Assembly (NCBI GenBank): GCA_947626975.1
Contig: CANQUF010000003.1
Location: 26,174-90,173 of the forward strand
DNA: 64,000 bases
Source: an uncultured Clostridia bacterium
GTDB lineage: Bacteria; Bacillota; Clostridia; TANB77; CAG-465
Direction of reading: 5' to 3'
The notes beneath the pieces are model-generated. The model was not told the DNA's origin, made no database searches, and worked only from the letters and a program-made list of their open reading frames with translations. The position numbers and the translations under genes were made by a program. Shown piece by piece: positions 39,333 through 50,404 of this stretch (positions are counted from its first letter, which is position 1; the number at the start of each line of letters is the position of its first letter).

Positions 39333-40104
39333 ATTTTTCTAAATATTCTTCCAAAGTGTAACGATGCATTTTCTCAAGTTCTTTTACAGTATTCATTGGA
39401 TCTGATTTTTCTTTTTCAGTTCTATCGTCTTCCACAATCTCTTGAAGAATACTTCTAAAATAGCAATTATCATTATAGTATATCTCAACATCTATATTAA
39501 TATCTGGATCAGAATTATTTTTAGAATCGATATATGCCTGTATGTTTTTAAGCTTTTTCATATAGCTATTGTTATAAATATCATTTAAGTTTTCATCAAT
39601 TTTAATAGTAATATAATCACAGTCTTTAAATTCACTATTAACACTTTCTTCAACAGTACCACCGATTTTATCTATAATGTAATTAGAAATGTCTTTTAAA
39701 ATATCATCTGTATTTTTTAGTGAAAAGTAAGATGGTTCTTCAGTAATTTTATCTTTTATTTTTTTGTCTAAATATTTTACTTTAAAAGTTATATTATCTG
39801 AAACAGATAATACTTCATAAGTATAATAATAAACACCTTTTTCTTTTATTTCGGGACAAAATGTTGCACCATCACAACTTATCTCATCCAATAATACATT
39901 TTCTCCACTATCAATTAGTTGTACAATTTCAAACTTAGAATTATATTTCTTTTCTAAATATGAAATAATTTTCTTTTCTCTATTTTCTGGTGTACTTTTA
40001 ATAGATATACCATATATTATAAACAAAATTATTAAAATAGCTATTATAACTATTATATTTATTTTTTTATATATTTTTTTATTCACTTTAACCATTCCTT
40101 TCAA
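39316..40104 (-). CDS. Membrane-anchored hypothetical protein (262 aa)
   Basis: N-terminal TM anchor. Overlaps the downstream lgt-like gene by 17 nt (operon). Confidence 0.55.
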   Translation of the reverse strand: MKGMVKVNKKIYKKINIIVIIAILIILFIIYGISIKSTPENREKKIISYLEKKYNSKFEIVQLIDSGENVLLDEISCDGATFCPEIKEKGVYYYTYEVLSVSDNITFKVKYLDKKIKDKITEEPSYFSLKNTDDILKDISNYIIDKIGGTVEESVNSEFKDCDYITIKIDENLNDIYNNSYMKKLKNIQAYIDSKNNSDPDINIDVEIYYNDNCYFRSILQEIVEDDRTEKEKSDPMNTVKELEKMHRYTLEEYLEKCDNNE

Positions 40105-40272
40105 AGGTTAATATTATTATAATATAAAAATTAAAATTTTACAAATAACATTACTGGAACGTACTTTTGTAGTAAAAAAAATACAAGATACAAAAAAACT
40201 TGCTCTTGTAAATATTTTTACTTTTAAATTTTTTATATATGGAAAGTAAATTAAATCTACTTCTATAATGTT

Positions 40273-41127
40273 TTATATTATACCTATTAATTCTATTAAT
40301 AAACCAGTAAATGTTCCAATTATATAAACTGAGAGTAAAATTTTTAGATTTTCTTTTAAATTTTTATTTTCTTTTAATAATACAATTAATCCTATTCCAG
40401 AACCACTAGAAAGACCTGCAATAATCGATGCAAAACTAATATTTCCACTTAAATATAATTCAGTTAGTAATACAGATGAAGCACAATTTGGAATAAGTCC
40501 AATTAAACTTGCAATAAAAGGTTGTAAAATAGTACCAGACATTAAAATTTTTGAAAGCATTTCATCACCTATTGCCCATATTACTACATTTAAAATAAAT
40601 GATGCAATTAATATAAAAAGAAAAATATTAATTGTATGTTTTATAGCAGATTTAAAAACTCCACTATGATCACAATCACAATTTTCACACATATGATGAA
40701 TATGTTCTGTAACCTCTTTAGTATCTACTTTTTCCTTTTTTCTTAATATATAATCAATTATAAATCCAAAAATTATTCCAATTACTAATTTTATTAATAT
40801 TATTTTAAGTAAAACTCCAATACTACCAGGATTAGATATTAAGACTGGAATAGCTTCATCTGATGTAGTTAAAAAAACAGAAATTAAGGTTCCTATAGAT
40901 ATTACTCTACAAGCATATAAATTAGAAGCTGTAACAGAGAATCCACATTGAGGTAAACATCCTAGTAAAGATCCAATTATTGGTCCAAACTTTCCAGAAT
41001 TACTTAAAAGTTTTTGAATTTTTTTTGAAGATTTTTTTTCAATATATTCTATTATTAAATATGATAAAAATAAAAAAGGTAACATTTTTAAAGAATCAAA
41101 AATAGTATCCAAAATTATATCTTTCAT
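40273..41127 (-). CDS. Putative 10-TM metal-ion transporter (ArsP_2 / putative manganese transporter-like)
   Basis: The N-terminus DTIFDSLKMLPFLFLSYLIIEYIE and the LGCLPQCGFS block match my recollection of that family. A central HIHHMCENCDCDH loop is rich in metal ligands. Confidence 0.5.
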   Translation of the reverse strand: MKDIILDTIFDSLKMLPFLFLSYLIIEYIEKKSSKKIQKLLSNSGKFGPIIGSLLGCLPQCGFSVTASNLYACRVISIGTLISVFLTTSDEAIPVLISNPGSIGVLLKIILIKLVIGIIFGFIIDYILRKKEKVDTKEVTEHIHHMCENCDCDHSGVFKSAIKHTINIFLFILIASFILNVVIWAIGDEMLSKILMSGTILQPFIASLIGLIPNCASSVLLTELYLSGNISFASIIAGLSSGSGIGLIVLLKENKNLKENLKILLSVYIIGTFTGLLIELIGII

Positions 41128-41154
41128 TTTTCCTCCTCGTTTAAAGAACGTAAA

Positions 41155-41190
41155 CTATAAAAAAACTTCTACGTGCTGTAGAAGTTTTTA
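41155..41190 (-). terminator. Terminator downstream of tRNA-fMet
   Basis: Stem AACTTCTAC/GTAGAAGTT with T-runs on both strands. Confidence 0.7.
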
Positions 41191-41192
41191 TG

Positions 41193-41268
41193 TGGTTGCG
41201 GGGGCAAGACTCGAACTTGCGACCTCAGGGTTATGAGCCCTACGAGCTGCCAACTGCTCTACCCCGCG
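41193..41268 (-). tRNA. Initiator tRNA-fMet (CAT), CCA encoded
   Basis: The reverse complement reads CGCGGGGTAGAGCAGTTGG...GGGCTCATAACCC...CCCCGCAACCA. It has the C1:A72 mismatch and three G-C pairs in the anticodon stem, both hallmarks of initiator tRNA. Confidence 0.93.
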
Positions 41269-41622
41269 ATTATTTATATTACTAGTATAATATAAAAACA
41301 AAAAAAAGTCAATACATATATTAAAAAAATTTATTGTTTTAAAGTAATGTTTATATATTATAAAAAAATATTTTATATAAAATTATTAATAGTTATTTTA
41401 TAATTATTATATGTAACTAATATATAAAGTATTATAAATATTATATAGAAATTTAAATTCTTCATATAATAATCAAAAGTAATGACTATTTTAACTTTTA
41501 AGCCATAACCTCTAAAAATTTATTTTAAAAATAATGCAAATACTATGACAATTTAAATAATTGATTCAATTATTGATAAATTTAAAATATTAATATATAA
41601 TATATTTGAAAGTGGTGAAATA

Positions 41623-43818
41623 ATGAAGATTGAAGGAAAAGTTGAAACAATTATATTTAAAAATAATCAGAATTCTTGGTCTGTATTACTTATAAAATCA
41701 CAAAAAGAATATATAACTGCAGTAGGACAAACTGATGAAATTGAAGTAGGGGATGATATAGAACTAGAAGGTGAAATGGTAAAACATAAGGTATATGGTG
41801 AACAATTAAAATTTACTACATATAAGAAAATTTTACCTAGAACTTCATCTGCTTTAATTGATTATATAGCAGATAATATAAAAGGAATAGGTAAGAAAAC
41901 AGCATCTAAAATTGTAACAGAGTTTGGTAAGTCCACAATTGATACTATTAGATTTCAAAAAGAAAAATTAAGTAATATAAAAGGGCTAAATCGTGAAAAA
42001 ATCGATAATCTAAGTGAATTTTTTAATAATGAATATGATAAATGGAATACAATAGATTATTTAAATAAATTAGGTATTTCTATTATAATTGCAAGTAAAA
42101 TATATAAATCATTAGGGCAGGAAACAATAAATATTATTAATGAGAATCCATATAGTTTAATTGGTTATGTAAAAACACTTGATTTTACAAATATAGATGA
42201 TATTGGAAAAAAACTTGGAGTATCACTATATAATGAAGAAAGGATAGATTCAGGTATAATTTATGCCTTAGGCAAAGTAACTGAATTTGGACATACATGC
42301 ATAGAAATAGATATATTAGTCAAATATGCAATAAAAATATTAGAAGTTGAAGAGGATATAATAAGAAACGGCATAACTAGATTAATGTTAAATGATATAA
42401 TAAAGATAGAAGTAATTGAAGATGTTGAATATGTATTTAAAAAAAATTTCTATTTAGCAGAAAAAAATATTGCTAAAAATGTTGTGTTACGTTCAAAAAT
42501 TATAAATAATAAAGATTATATAAAAGATATAGATAAAACAAGTAGAAAAAATAATATAGAATTATCTGAAGAACAAAAGAAAGCTATTAATACTTGCCTT
42601 AATAACTCAATATCTATAATAACAGGTGGACCAGGTACTGGAAAGACTACTATAATAAAATTTATAATAGATATTTTAGAAGAGCAAAATAAAGATTATA
42701 TATTAAGTGCTCCTACAGGTAGAGCTGCTAAAAGAATAACTCAAACAACTAATAAAGAAGCTAAGACTTTACATAGATTGCTTGAAATTTCAAAAACTGA
42801 TGATTTAGATATTGATTTTTCCATAAATTCCGAAGTAAAAGAAATAGATGCAGATATCGTAATAATAGATGAAGCATCAATGATAGATACAATAATGATG
42901 AATAATGTATTTAAAGCATTAAAACCAAATGCATCATTAATACTAGTTGGCGATGTAAATCAATTACCGTCTGTGGGTCCGGGAAATATTTTAAAAGATA
43001 TTATTGATTCATCAATTGTAAACACTGTATATTTAAAGCAAATATATAGACAAAGTGCTAAGAGTGATATAATAATAAACGCACATAAAGTTAATAATGG
43101 AGAATATCCTGAATTTAAAACAAATAATACTGATTTATATTATATTACTACTGATAGTATTGAATCTACATTATCTGAAATTGCCTCTTTAGTATCTCAT
43201 AGACTTGAAAATTTCAAAAATATAAATATTTTAAAAGATTTACAAATCTTAACACCTATGAGAAAAACAGAACTAGGTACTATGCATTTAAATGCATTTA
43301 TTCAAAACATTTTAAATCCTAAGTCTTATGATAAAAAAGAAAAACAAGTAGGAGAACGAATATTTAGAGTAGGTGACAAAGTTATGCAAGTAATAAACAA
43401 TTATGATAAAAAATATGCAAAAGATGGACAAACCATAGATGGAATATATAACGGTGATATAGGCTATATAACAGATATAAATACAGAAAATGAAAAATTT
43501 GAAGTACAATATGATGATAAAGTTATAGAATATGATTTTGAAGAATTTGATCAAATTGAACTTGCTTATTCTATCACAGTACATAAAAGTCAAGGAAGTG
43601 AATTTGATTATATTATATTACCATTATATACTGGATATAAGAAGCTTTTTACAAGAAATTTATTATATACAGCAATAACTAGAGCAAAAAAAATGTTAAT
43701 TATAATTGGTAATAAAAAAATAATTAATTTTATGGTAGATAATATTAATGCTAAGGAAAGAAAAACTGGACTAAAAAATAAAATATTAGAAATATATAAT
43801 TTCACAGAAAGTAAATAA
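41623..43818 (+). CDS. recD2: RecD2-type SF1 DNA helicase
   Basis: N-terminal OB/HhH-like region, Walker A GGPGTGKTT, DEASM and a C-terminal SITVHKSQGSEF motif. Confidence 0.85.
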   Translation: MKIEGKVETIIFKNNQNSWSVLLIKSQKEYITAVGQTDEIEVGDDIELEGEMVKHKVYGEQLKFTTYKKILPRTSSALIDYIADNIKGIGKKTASKIVTEFGKSTIDTIRFQKEKLSNIKGLNREKIDNLSEFFNNEYDKWNTIDYLNKLGISIIIASKIYKSLGQETINIINENPYSLIGYVKTLDFTNIDDIGKKLGVSLYNEERIDSGIIYALGKVTEFGHTCIEIDILVKYAIKILEVEEDIIRNGITRLMLNDIIKIEVIEDVEYVFKKNFYLAEKNIAKNVVLRSKIINNKDYIKDIDKTSRKNNIELSEEQKKAINTCLNNSISIITGGPGTGKTTIIKFIIDILEEQNKDYILSAPTGRAAKRITQTTNKEAKTLHRLLEISKTDDLDIDFSINSEVKEIDADIVIIDEASMIDTIMMNNVFKALKPNASLILVGDVNQLPSVGPGNILKDIIDSSIVNTVYLKQIYRQSAKSDIIINAHKVNNGEYPEFKTNNTDLYYITTDSIESTLSEIASLVSHRLENFKNINILKDLQILTPMRKTELGTMHLNAFIQNILNPKSYDKKEKQVGERIFRVGDKVMQVINNYDKKYAKDGQTIDGIYNGDIGYITDINTENEKFEVQYDDKVIEYDFEEFDQIELAYSITVHKSQGSEFDYIILPLYTGYKKLFTRNLLYTAITRAKKMLIIIGNKKIINFMVDNINAKERKTGLKNKILEIYNFTESK

Positions 43819-43836
43819 ATTGATAAATTGACAAAT

Positions 43837-43897
43837 ACGCTAAAAGGATATATAATAACTTAAAATGTTGTTTTATATACTTTTAGCGTGATTTTTT
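43837..43897 (+). terminator. Rho-independent terminator
   Basis: Long stem ACGCTAAAAG...CTTTTAGCGT followed by T7. Confidence 0.75.
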
Positions 43898-44046
43898 TAA
43901 AAAGTTATAAGTTTTTCTGTAAAAAATTTCCTATTACATATTTAATAGTTTGTGATAAACTATTAATAGAACTTTTAATAGTTAGTTTAAAAGTATAAAT
44001 TTAATTTAAAAACAAATAATAATATTAAATTTATCAGGAGGTTATT

Positions 44047-44592
44047 ATGAGAGCAACAGGGATTATAAGAAAAATAGATGACTTAGGAAGGATAGTTATT
44101 CCAAAAGAAATAAGGAAAAACTTGAGGATTAGGGAAGGTGATCCTTTAGAAATTTATATTGATAAAAATGGTGAAATAATTTTAAAAAAACATGACACTA
44201 TGGGAGATATACTTGATATTGCTACACAGTATGCAGAAACATTATCTAAGACTAGTGACTTTGTTGCATGTATAACTGATACAGAAACTATAATTGCAAT
44301 TTCAGGTGCTCCAAAAAGTGAGTATCTAGCTAAACAAATTAGTGAGCATGTTATATTTGTAATGGATGATAGAGCAATATGGTCAACAAAAGATGATAGA
44401 ATTATGCCAATTATAGAAGGTGAAAATACATCAAAATACCGTTCACAAATAATAGCACCTATAATTTGTGATGGAGATGCAATTGGTACGGTTATTTTAT
44501 TTTCATTAGATTATGATAAAACAATTACAAATGTAGAATTAAAGTTAGTCCAAAATGCAGCTAATTTTTTAGGGAAACAAATGGAGTCTTAA
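44047..44592 (+). CDS. spoVT: Stage V sporulation protein T (AbrB-family regulator with GAF-like C-domain)
   Basis: MRATGIIRKIDDLGRIVIPKEIRKNLRIREGDPLEIY SpoVT/AbrB N-domain. The ~180-aa length is typical of SpoVT. Confidence 0.88.
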   Translation: MRATGIIRKIDDLGRIVIPKEIRKNLRIREGDPLEIYIDKNGEIILKKHDTMGDILDIATQYAETLSKTSDFVACITDTETIIAISGAPKSEYLAKQISEHVIFVMDDRAIWSTKDDRIMPIIEGENTSKYRSQIIAPIICDGDAIGTVILFSLDYDKTITNVELKLVQNAANFLGKQMES

Positions 44593-44688
44593 TTTTTTAT
44601 TAAAATTAATATTTAAATTAAAATTGCAACTTTTTACCAATATTATATATATGCTTATTTGCATATAATATAATTGAGGTGAGTTTTA

Positions 44689-45252
44689 ATGTTTACTTAT
44701 AAGCCCAAAAAGTCCAGTGAAATATATAATCTAAAAATTGCTCATCGTGGATATCATTTAAAATATCCAGAAAATACAATAGGTTCATATATAGATGCAA
44801 TAAATAATAGTTATGCAATAGAGCTTGATGTACGAATTACAAAAGATGGTAAAATTATATGTATTCATGATAACAATACAAAAAGACTACTTGGAATAAA
44901 AGGGAAAATTTCTAATATGAAATATTCACAAATAAATAGATATAACGTTAGAAAAAGTGATCAGAATGTTCCTTTATTAAGTGAAGTGTTAAATATAGTT
45001 AACGGAAAGACCATTATACTTATTGAAATAAAAGGAATATTTACCGATTATTTTAAATTTAAATTATTATCTATTATAAAAGATTATGACGGTACATTAT
45101 ATTTTCATACACAAAATTTAATTTCATATTTTAGACTAAAAAATATATTTGGATCAAAAGTTTTTTGGGTGTTAAATCCTTTTAGAAAAAGGTTTAATTT
45201 TATAAAAGATAAATATTATAAGCAATTAATATTATTTGACAATATGGATTAA
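44689..45252 (+). CDS. Glycerophosphodiester phosphodiesterase-family protein
   Basis: IAHRGY...ENT...IELDVRITKDGKIICIHD GDPD motifs. Confidence 0.7.
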   Translation: MFTYKPKKSSEIYNLKIAHRGYHLKYPENTIGSYIDAINNSYAIELDVRITKDGKIICIHDNNTKRLLGIKGKISNMKYSQINRYNVRKSDQNVPLLSEVLNIVNGKTIILIEIKGIFTDYFKFKLLSIIKDYDGTLYFHTQNLISYFRLKNIFGSKVFWVLNPFRKRFNFIKDKYYKQLILFDNMD

Positions 45253-45315
45253 TTTTGATATAATGTTACAAAACTATTAGTTACTTTTAATAAATATAAT
45301 AAAGGAGTGATATAC

Positions 45316-46785
45316 GTGAGTTTTTTATGTATTATAATGGCCTTTATTATTTTTTTGTTGGCCATAAAAATATATAATGTCAAAAAGTTTTCTGTATTGT
45401 ATAAACCTAAAAAATTGCTAAAATTATATGATTGCATTATTGCAGATAGAGGTTTATGTATAGAATATGTTGAAAACACTATACCTGCATATAAAAGTGC
45501 AATTTTATGTGGATTTATTCCCAAAATTGATATTAGGTTTACTAAAGATAATGTTCCAATATGTTTTCATGATAGATATACTAAACGTTTATTAGGTATA
45601 TTTGGTAATGTATCAAAGAAAACCTATGAAAATATTCATAAACGGAAATTAAAAGGATCTAATATTTCTGTTCCTATGCTAGATAGTTATATACGGAGAA
45701 TTAAAGGAACAACACCTTTAGTTATTGAACTTAGGGGAAAGTTTAATTTAAAAAGATTAGAAAAATTAAATAATGTACTAAGCAATTATAACAATAAAGA
45801 TAATATTTATATTTTTACATCAAATATTTTGGTATATTTTTATATGATAAAAAATTATAATTATATAATATGTTATAAATACAATTTATTAAGAGAACCT
45901 TTTAGATTTTTATATAAAAGAAAATATTATAAAATTAAATTTCCAGATATCCAAAATATTATTTTTGATGTAGAACAAAATGATACGATATCTACTATAG
46001 TGCATAAGCTATGGAAAATCGCCAATAATTATCAAAGTAGGATAACTAATGATTTTTGGTTATTTAATGTTCCAATTGCACATAGAGCAATATATAATAA
46101 TAAATTTCCTGAAAGCTCTGTTGAGGCAATAAATGCTTGTGTTAATCATAATGTAGCTATAGAAATAGATATTATTCAATATAAAGGAATATTAAAATGT
46201 TACCACGATGATAGTCTTTCTGAAAAATTTGGCATGGAACATTCGTGTGCACCTAAAATTAATATTGAATCTTCTATTGATTTACAAACCTTTATTAATT
46301 TGGTAGATGGAAAGGTTCCTATAATATTTGATATTAAAGATACTGCTATTTTTAGTAGGAAAAAAGAAATTAAAATAATGGAAATTCTAAAAGATTATAA
46401 GGGAGAATATGTAATTCAATCTTTTAATCCATTAGTTTTAAGATGGTTTTATAAAAATTATCCTTCAATCTATAGAGGCCAAATAGGTCATAGTTTAAAT
46501 GGTTTAAAAAAGTATATAAGAAATATACTATTAACTATCACAAACTTTGTATTATTTTATTTTTCAAAACCAGATTATATTCTTTATGATATGGATCCAA
46601 ACGTACGTATATTGACTGAATTTAATAATAAAATAGCAGGTCTTCCTATCATATTATATGCTCCCACATCGTATGAACAATTAAAGGAATATTTAGATGT
46701 TACAGATACTTTTGTGGTTGAAAATATATCTGATTTTAAGTCTTGGAAAAATTATTTTAAAATAAGGTATAATAGAGATTTTTAA
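45316..46785 (+). CDS. Membrane-anchored protein with two tandem GDPD domains
   Basis: GTG 45316 lies 8 nt after AAAGGAG. Domain 1 has ADRG in place of the HRG motif, plus KIDIRFTKDNVPICFHD. Domain 2 has IAHRA...IEIDIIQYKGILKCYHD. Confidence 0.65.
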   Translation: MSFLCIIMAFIIFLLAIKIYNVKKFSVLYKPKKLLKLYDCIIADRGLCIEYVENTIPAYKSAILCGFIPKIDIRFTKDNVPICFHDRYTKRLLGIFGNVSKKTYENIHKRKLKGSNISVPMLDSYIRRIKGTTPLVIELRGKFNLKRLEKLNNVLSNYNNKDNIYIFTSNILVYFYMIKNYNYIICYKYNLLREPFRFLYKRKYYKIKFPDIQNIIFDVEQNDTISTIVHKLWKIANNYQSRITNDFWLFNVPIAHRAIYNNKFPESSVEAINACVNHNVAIEIDIIQYKGILKCYHDDSLSEKFGMEHSCAPKINIESSIDLQTFINLVDGKVPIIFDIKDTAIFSRKKEIKIMEILKDYKGEYVIQSFNPLVLRWFYKNYPSIYRGQIGHSLNGLKKYIRNILLTITNFVLFYFSKPDYILYDMDPNVRILTEFNNKIAGLPIILYAPTSYEQLKEYLDVTDTFVVENISDFKSWKNYFKIRYNRDF

Positions 46786-46828
46786 AAGAATATTTTAGTT
46801 ATAAATATAGCTAAAGTATTCTTTTTTT
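46785..46828 (+). terminator. Rho-independent terminator
   Basis: Stem AAAGAATATTTTAG/CTAAAGTATTCTTT (one mismatch) followed by a T-run. Confidence 0.7.
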
Positions 46829-47111
46829 ATACATAGCCACATTATATCACATAAATAATTTATAAAATGTCGAAAAATGCGATAACAAAAAATTTATAAA
46901 TAATTTAAGTTATATATAAAAATTATAAATTTAAAGAGGTATTTAATCATAAATGCAGCAGCTAAGTTTACATAAGGTTGATTTTTTATCCGTAATTTGA
47001 TATAATTAAATATATATAATATCATTTCTATAGAGCAAGATTTTGCTATAGATTTTTCGCTAATTAATATTTTGCGTTGATATTATAATTTTATTAGAAA
47101 GGAGTGTCATT

Positions 47112-48938
47112 ATGCGGGCGCTTAAAAAAAACTTTAAAAAATTAATTCAGGAGGTGTTAAATCTTATTATTAATTTTTTTAGGCCATATGGTATTTCTGA
47201 TGAAATGCTTACTATACCTAATAAAATTAATAAAATGGGATTAAAAGTTCAAATTATAGGCTTAATAAATACTTTATTATCATTGACTTTTGCTTTTTTT
47301 CTTAAAATTTCAAATATTTTGATAGAGGCTAAGCTGATTTTATTAGGCATTATTGTTTTTATGCTTTATAGAGCACAGCAACTGGTACGCGTTTCATTTT
47401 ACATCTTTGAATCATCGGAGAATAAAAAATTTGATCTTATATTCAAAGATGAGGCTTGTTTTAGGGCTAGTCAAATTATATGTAAAACTTCAGATAAAGT
47501 CTTAAAATATGATAAAAAAATTAACTGTTATAAAATTGCAAAAAATGAAGAAGTTATTAATTCTATTAAGTATTATCTTGAAAGCCTATGGAAGCAAAAA
47601 ATTCAACATAAATTTGACGTAATAGAAATTTTATCAATTATTTGTATGCTAGTTGGAGCTATAATAACAAACACTGCAATTCCACAAGCAATTTTTATTC
47701 CTTTAATCATTGTATTTGTAATAATTTCATTCTTAAGCTCTGCATATATAGGTCTCAATAGAGAGATCTATTACAAAAAGAATAAAGAATGTGATGATGA
47801 GCAATCTTTAATAATTAATGATCTACTTAGAATTCCTACAATAGTTAAAGGCGATCTAGATATGAGAATTAGCAAATTGCAAAAGACTTTAAATCTTAGT
47901 AATCAAAATGTATCAAAGTTTCATAAAAAGGTAAATTTATCTAGATTTTTTGTAACAATAATTGAAGCATTTAGTCAATATGGAATAATAATTCTTTATT
48001 TATTGGGAATTGATTGGAGTAGTATTAATTTAGGTACTCTAACTCAAATTACTGCAACTCTCGTTATTGTGGAAACTGCTTTAAAACAAATAAGTAAATT
48101 TAGCACAATACTTATAAATCATGATGAAAGACTAACTACAATAAAAAAAGAAGAAGAAAATATGGCTATAATTATGAAAATATACAATAATGTAACGAAA
48201 GAAGTATCTATAAATAAAGTCGTTGATAATATAGTAATTAATCCTTTTTCAATTAATTATATAGAAGAATCAGAAAATGATAAACCATTTACCTTAAAAT
48301 CAAATAATAAAATAATAATTGATAAAGGGAATGTTGCTATTTTGTATGGCCCATCAGGAAGTGGAAAATCAACCTTTATGAAGATGTTAACTGAAAGGAT
48401 TAAGTTAGAAAAAACAACTGATATTCCTGAAACATCTAGATATTTATTTTATGATGAAACTTTAAAATTTGGAAACTTATCAATATTTGAAGAATTATTT
48501 TGTGGTGACGAAAATCCAGATTTAAAAAAGATGCAGGAAATTTTGGAAAATCTCCATTTATGGTGTGAATTAAAAGCTAATTGTTTTGATGTATGGAAAT
48601 GGATGAAAGAAAAACAATTTTCGTATTCACTTTCAAATGGACAGAAACAAAGACTCATAATTTCCAAAATTCTTTATTGGCTAGATGATGAAATTGACGT
48701 ACTTGTTTTAGATGAATGTACATCAGGACTTGATGATAAAGTAGATTCTGACTCAGCTGATGCACAAAGAATTTTAGAGTATATTGTAAAATATGCAAAT
48801 AAGGATAAAAAAAGGATTATAATTATTTCTACGCATCAAAACATCGATGAATTTAAAAGTAGACTTGCAGATAAAGTAATTTTTAAGAACCTAGTCTTTT
48901 CAAAAAATGGTGACACCAATCTAATTAAAGAAATTTAA
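47112..48938 (+). CDS. Orphan ABC half-transporter (six TM helices plus NBD)
   Basis: Walker A GPSGSGKST, signature LSNGQKQR and Walker B VLVLDECTSG. Flanked by long AT-rich spacers. Codon 2 is the rare CGG. Confidence 0.7.
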   Translation: MRALKKNFKKLIQEVLNLIINFFRPYGISDEMLTIPNKINKMGLKVQIIGLINTLLSLTFAFFLKISNILIEAKLILLGIIVFMLYRAQQLVRVSFYIFESSENKKFDLIFKDEACFRASQIICKTSDKVLKYDKKINCYKIAKNEEVINSIKYYLESLWKQKIQHKFDVIEILSIICMLVGAIITNTAIPQAIFIPLIIVFVIISFLSSAYIGLNREIYYKKNKECDDEQSLIINDLLRIPTIVKGDLDMRISKLQKTLNLSNQNVSKFHKKVNLSRFFVTIIEAFSQYGIIILYLLGIDWSSINLGTLTQITATLVIVETALKQISKFSTILINHDERLTTIKKEEENMAIIMKIYNNVTKEVSINKVVDNIVINPFSINYIEESENDKPFTLKSNNKIIIDKGNVAILYGPSGSGKSTFMKMLTERIKLEKTTDIPETSRYLFYDETLKFGNLSIFEELFCGDENPDLKKMQEILENLHLWCELKANCFDVWKWMKEKQFSYSLSNGQKQRLIISKILYWLDDEIDVLVLDECTSGLDDKVDSDSADAQRILEYIVKYANKDKKRIIIISTHQNIDEFKSRLADKVIFKNLVFSKNGDTNLIKEI

Positions 48939-48968
48939 AATAATACAAAAGGGATGTTAAAAACTAAA

Positions 48969-49006
48969 AAATCATTGAAGGTTTAAATGTACTTTCAATG
49001 ATTTTT
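48969..49006 (+). terminator. Rho-independent terminator
   Basis: Stem AAATCATTGAA/TTCAATGATTT followed by a T-run. Confidence 0.75.
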
Positions 49007-49236
49007 ATTAATATAGATTATAATAATGTGACTTTTTTAACAGCCTCTATATTTTTTATTAATTAATTCTAAATCACATATGTGTATATTTTAATACTTG
49101 TAAATAATATATTAAAATATTTTTTTAATTTGACATATATTTTTTCGTATGATAGAATATCTGTAATAATACGCGCATGGAACATACGTTTAATTATATA
49201 ATAGCTACAAAGTATTTAAAAAAAGGAGATGGTAAC

Positions 49237-50388
49237 TTGTCAGATATTGGAATATATATACATATACCTTTTTGTATGAAAAAATGTCATTATTGTGATT
49301 TTGTATCATATGATAATTGTCATGATAAGCATGAAGAATATATAGACATGCTTTGCAAAGAAATTTTGCAATATTCTGAAATTTTATCTTCCCATAATAT
49401 ATCTACTATATATTTTGGAGGAGGTACACCTTCATATATTGATAGTAAATATATAACAAAAGTTCTTGAAGTATTAAAATTATTCTCTAGTAATATTGAC
49501 AATATGGAAGTAACTATTGAAGTAAATCCTTCTAGTGCAAATTTCGATAAATTAGTAGATTATAAAAATAGTGGAGTAAATAGAGTTAGTATTGGACTTC
49601 AATCAACACATGATAAGGTATTAAAAAATATCGGTAGATCTCATACATATAATGACTTTAAAAAGACTTTAGAAGATTGTAATAAGATAGGTATTAATAA
49701 TATTTCTGTAGATTTAATGTATCCATTACCTGGTTTAAATTTAAATATGTTTACTGACTCTTTAAATAGTATTATAAAATTAAAAGATAAGTATAATATA
49801 AAGCATATTTCTGTATATAATTTAGAAGTTCATGAAAATACAAGACTTAAATTTTTACTTGATGAAGGTTATTTAACTTTATGTGATGAGGATACAGAAT
49901 ATGAAATGAGAAATAAATTAAATAGTATATTAGAAAAAAATAATTTTCATAAATATGAGATTTCAAATTATGCTATAAATGGATATGAATCTAAACATAA
50001 CATTAACTATTGGAATCAAGGAATGTATCTAGGATTTGGGGTAAATGCTTCATCATTTTTTAATGGTACAAGGTATACTAATATATCTGATATAGATAAA
50101 TATATTTATAATATAAAAAATAACATATCAGTAATAAGCGAAAAAAGCGAATTAGATAAATTAAGTTTAATGAAAGAGTACGTTATATTAAGATTAAGAC
50201 TTATGGATGGTATAAAAGTAGTGGATTTTAACAAGAAGTTTAATGCTAATATATTTGATATTTTTAATACTGAGCTTACCTCTTTAAAAAATGATAATTT
50301 AATAATAATTGATAAAGAGCGTAATAACATCTATTTATCAAATAGAGGAGAAGAAGTAGCAAATATTGTTTGGGAGAAATTTGTATAA
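49237..50388 (+). CDS. hemW: Radical SAM heme chaperone HemW (HemN-like)
   Basis: IYIHIPFCMKKCHYCDF radical-SAM motif. A TTG at 49237, 8 nt after AAAGGAG, is the likely start (the ORF is open from 49177). Confidence 0.8.
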   Translation: MSDIGIYIHIPFCMKKCHYCDFVSYDNCHDKHEEYIDMLCKEILQYSEILSSHNISTIYFGGGTPSYIDSKYITKVLEVLKLFSSNIDNMEVTIEVNPSSANFDKLVDYKNSGVNRVSIGLQSTHDKVLKNIGRSHTYNDFKKTLEDCNKIGINNISVDLMYPLPGLNLNMFTDSLNSIIKLKDKYNIKHISVYNLEVHENTRLKFLLDEGYLTLCDEDTEYEMRNKLNSILEKNNFHKYEISNYAINGYESKHNINYWNQGMYLGFGVNASSFFNGTRYTNISDIDKYIYNIKNNISVISEKSELDKLSLMKEYVILRLRLMDGIKVVDFNKKFNANIFDIFNTELTSLKNDNLIIIDKERNNIYLSNRGEEVANIVWEKFV

Positions 50389-50404
50389 AAGCCTAAATTT
50401 TAAT

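Noticed and set aside
46953-47000. 15-codon ORF (MQQLSLHKVDFLSVI) with an RBS upstream of the orphan ABC gene as a regulatory leader peptide
   Set aside because: Leader-peptide attenuation is known for ABC-F and erm-type genes, not for membrane half-transporters. I could not define an alternative-hairpin arrangement.
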